Positions 62,221 through 64,000 of a stretch of DNA of 64,000 nucleotides are shown in pieces. The translations under genes were made by a program, and so were the position numbers. Numbering within the stretch: the first letter of the stretch is position 1; every line of letters starts with the position of its first letter. The notes beneath the pieces are model-generated. The model was not told the DNA's origin, did no database searches, and saw only the letters and a program-made list of their open reading frames with translations. The stretch covers positions 4,588,001 through 4,652,000 of the forward strand of contig JAYWIR010000005.1 of the NCBI GenBank assembly GCA_036172245.1. The letters run 5' to 3'. This DNA is from Raillietiella orientalis (Eukaryota).

Positions 62221-63450
62221 CACCTGGTCACACTCGGGGGCGTTTATTTCATAAAAATAAACCAGTTCCAACTGGAGACAAAAGATGTTCATGGGGAGGG
62301 TCCACCGTCACGCAGGTCGGGATATCCCAAGGTCCGGAACGGGAGGGAGGAGAAGAGGGACAACAACAACAAAAATGAAGATATCGGGGGGATGGGGCAA
62401 GGGTTTTTGGGTTCGCTCCTCATGCACCGGGATGAAAATATAAAAACAGGAAGAGGTACGGAGCGAAAGGGAGTGGGGAATGGAAAATAAAATAAAGGGA
62501 GTGTGGGGACAAAGGTCGTCGGTGTCCTCTGTTCCTTAACTTCAAAACCGGCTCTGGATGCCGGCCATCTCCTCCTTGGCTTCTTCGTGCAGGTGAGGTC
62601 ATCCTGCAGCTGTCCTCATGTAGGCGCGGCTGCCATCCCGGTGACCTCCCTTCGCTGCGTCTCTACGTCTGCAAGGCATGGCGGGCCGTGACGGTGGCGA
62701 GGATGCAACCCACCCTTGCGATCGCCGTGCCGTCGAAAGTCCTTCCGGAGCGAAGAACCGCCTCAGCAGGTCGCTGGCGGTGTCCTCCTGGTGCAGGAGT
62801 GCCGACGCCAGCTTTCGCCATAACTCGAAACGATGTCGGGGTGTACTGACAGGGACACTCGGCGAATTTATCCCGCATGCACCAGGATGCTATTCAAATT
62901 TCTTTTCCACGCTCGAAAATCACCAGAAGTCAGGGAGAATGGAGGGTGCGAACGTCCCCTTCCTCCAGCATGCGGGTGCGGGGACCGGTTCTCCGGTTCG
63001 CCGGGTCCTTCAGGCGGAGGACTCGGAATCCCGAAGGGCGCCTGGCAGACGCGAATCCCCAAGGGCTGCCACCGAGCTCGCAACATCCGGGAAGCGAACC
63101 AAGCGGTGGGGGAGATCTGCAGACCGAGGGGAAGAAAGGCGAGGAGGAGGAGAAGCCTCGCTACCTCCGGCAGCTCAGCAAGCAGCGCGCGCCTCGATCC
63201 GGCGAGAAGAGCCGCTCCCTGCGCGCGCGACTCAGACGACCATCCGGAGGTGAGGAGGCGGGGGGCAGCCACCTCCCCAACTCGGGGCAGCACATCGCAC
63301 GCAGCACATCCTCCTCTTGCGCGGAAGCAACATGCAAGGCCGCGTTGCACCACCGGCCGCGGAGAGCCGCGTCTGGTGGACTCTCAACGATCCGGTCGGG
63401 TGGGGACTTTTCGGAGGAGTTTCGACGAGGCGAAGACGCGGCTCTTCTGT
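62221..63450 (-). mobile_element. L1 3' end (related subfamily)
   Basis: PACWRKG...DLLRRFFA matches the family C-terminus. Nucleotide homology to 18580-18760. Terminal AATAAACGCCCCCGAGTGTGACCAGGTG at 62247-62221. Confidence 0.7.
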
Positions 63451-63544
63451 ACGGACCCAGAGAATTTAAAATTTTTTTTTTTGTTGTTTTGTTTTTTTTC
63501 TGTTTTTTTTTTGGGGGGGGGGGGAGGGGGGTTGCTTGTTTGTA

Positions 63545-63760
63545 GGGAATCCTTAACGGAACCTCTTCCCCGTTCTCTCCGGAGGGACCCCCTGCGGGGC
63601 CACTCCCCATTTCTTCTCCGAAGGGAACCCGAAGATCCACCCCTTGTTTCCTACTCTGAGGAGAAACCCCGAAGGGGAGGGACGCTTCCAAAGGAATTTT
63701 CGAGAATCCTTCCAGAGGAGAACCTTCCGGAAGATTTTTAAGGGTCGAGGGCGGAGCTCC
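63545..63760 (-). mobile_element. Internal fragment of the SINE family, copy 9
   Basis: TTCTCTCCGGAGGGACCCC...CTCCGAAGGGAACCCGAAG...GGACGCTTCCAAAG matches the SINE body. No head. Confidence 0.65.
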
Positions 63761-64000
63761 CAGGAACGAGCGGGGATCACGAATGGGATCACACCGGTGC
63801 CGTAAACGGGACGCACGCCCACGTCAGATTCTTCTCCAAGATGAACATTCTGCGCCATCGTCGCCCGTTCGCCATCGCTCAGTTCTTCGCTGCTCTTCTC
63901 AAAGACCAAAATCATGGCGAAAATTCTGGAGGTGGGGAAAAAGGCAAAAAAGGATGCGTCGGGATGCTCTGGATGCACCTCGCCATCTTCTCTTCCTGCG

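Noticed and set aside
62678..63741. Longest ORFs (302, 222 and 191 aa) as protein genes
   Set aside because: They are antisense to a GC-rich L1 remnant and run through homopolymers and a SINE fragment. No domain is recognisable.

Overview
Eukaryotic DNA that appears to consist almost entirely of nested, heavily decayed transposable elements. I found no intact host gene, true tRNA/rRNA gene or CRISPR array, and the ORFs in the track are frameshifted or antisense pieces of dead elements. Contents: (1) about 25 remnants of plant-type L1 LINEs (DUF4283/zinc-knuckle ORF1, APE endonuclease, RT, C-terminal CCHC). Several end in a shared AATAAAC-N1-3-CCCGG-N5-CCGGGTG hairpin. (2) Nine copies of one long (~0.5-1 kb) tRNA-derived SINE with two B boxes, a repetitive purine/pyrimidine body, an internal A-run and a conserved extra 3' tail. 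(3) Penelope-like (PLE) RT C-terminal remnants, including an apparent head-to-tail pair separated by a repeated ~550 bp pLTR-like block that ends in a degenerate hammerhead-ribozyme core. (4) A decayed MULE/SWIM transposase. (5) Two MITEs. The element mix suggests a plant, possibly a non-seed plant such as a lycophyte, but this is inference only. All protein-family calls come from eyeballed motifs across frameshifts, so boundaries are approximate.
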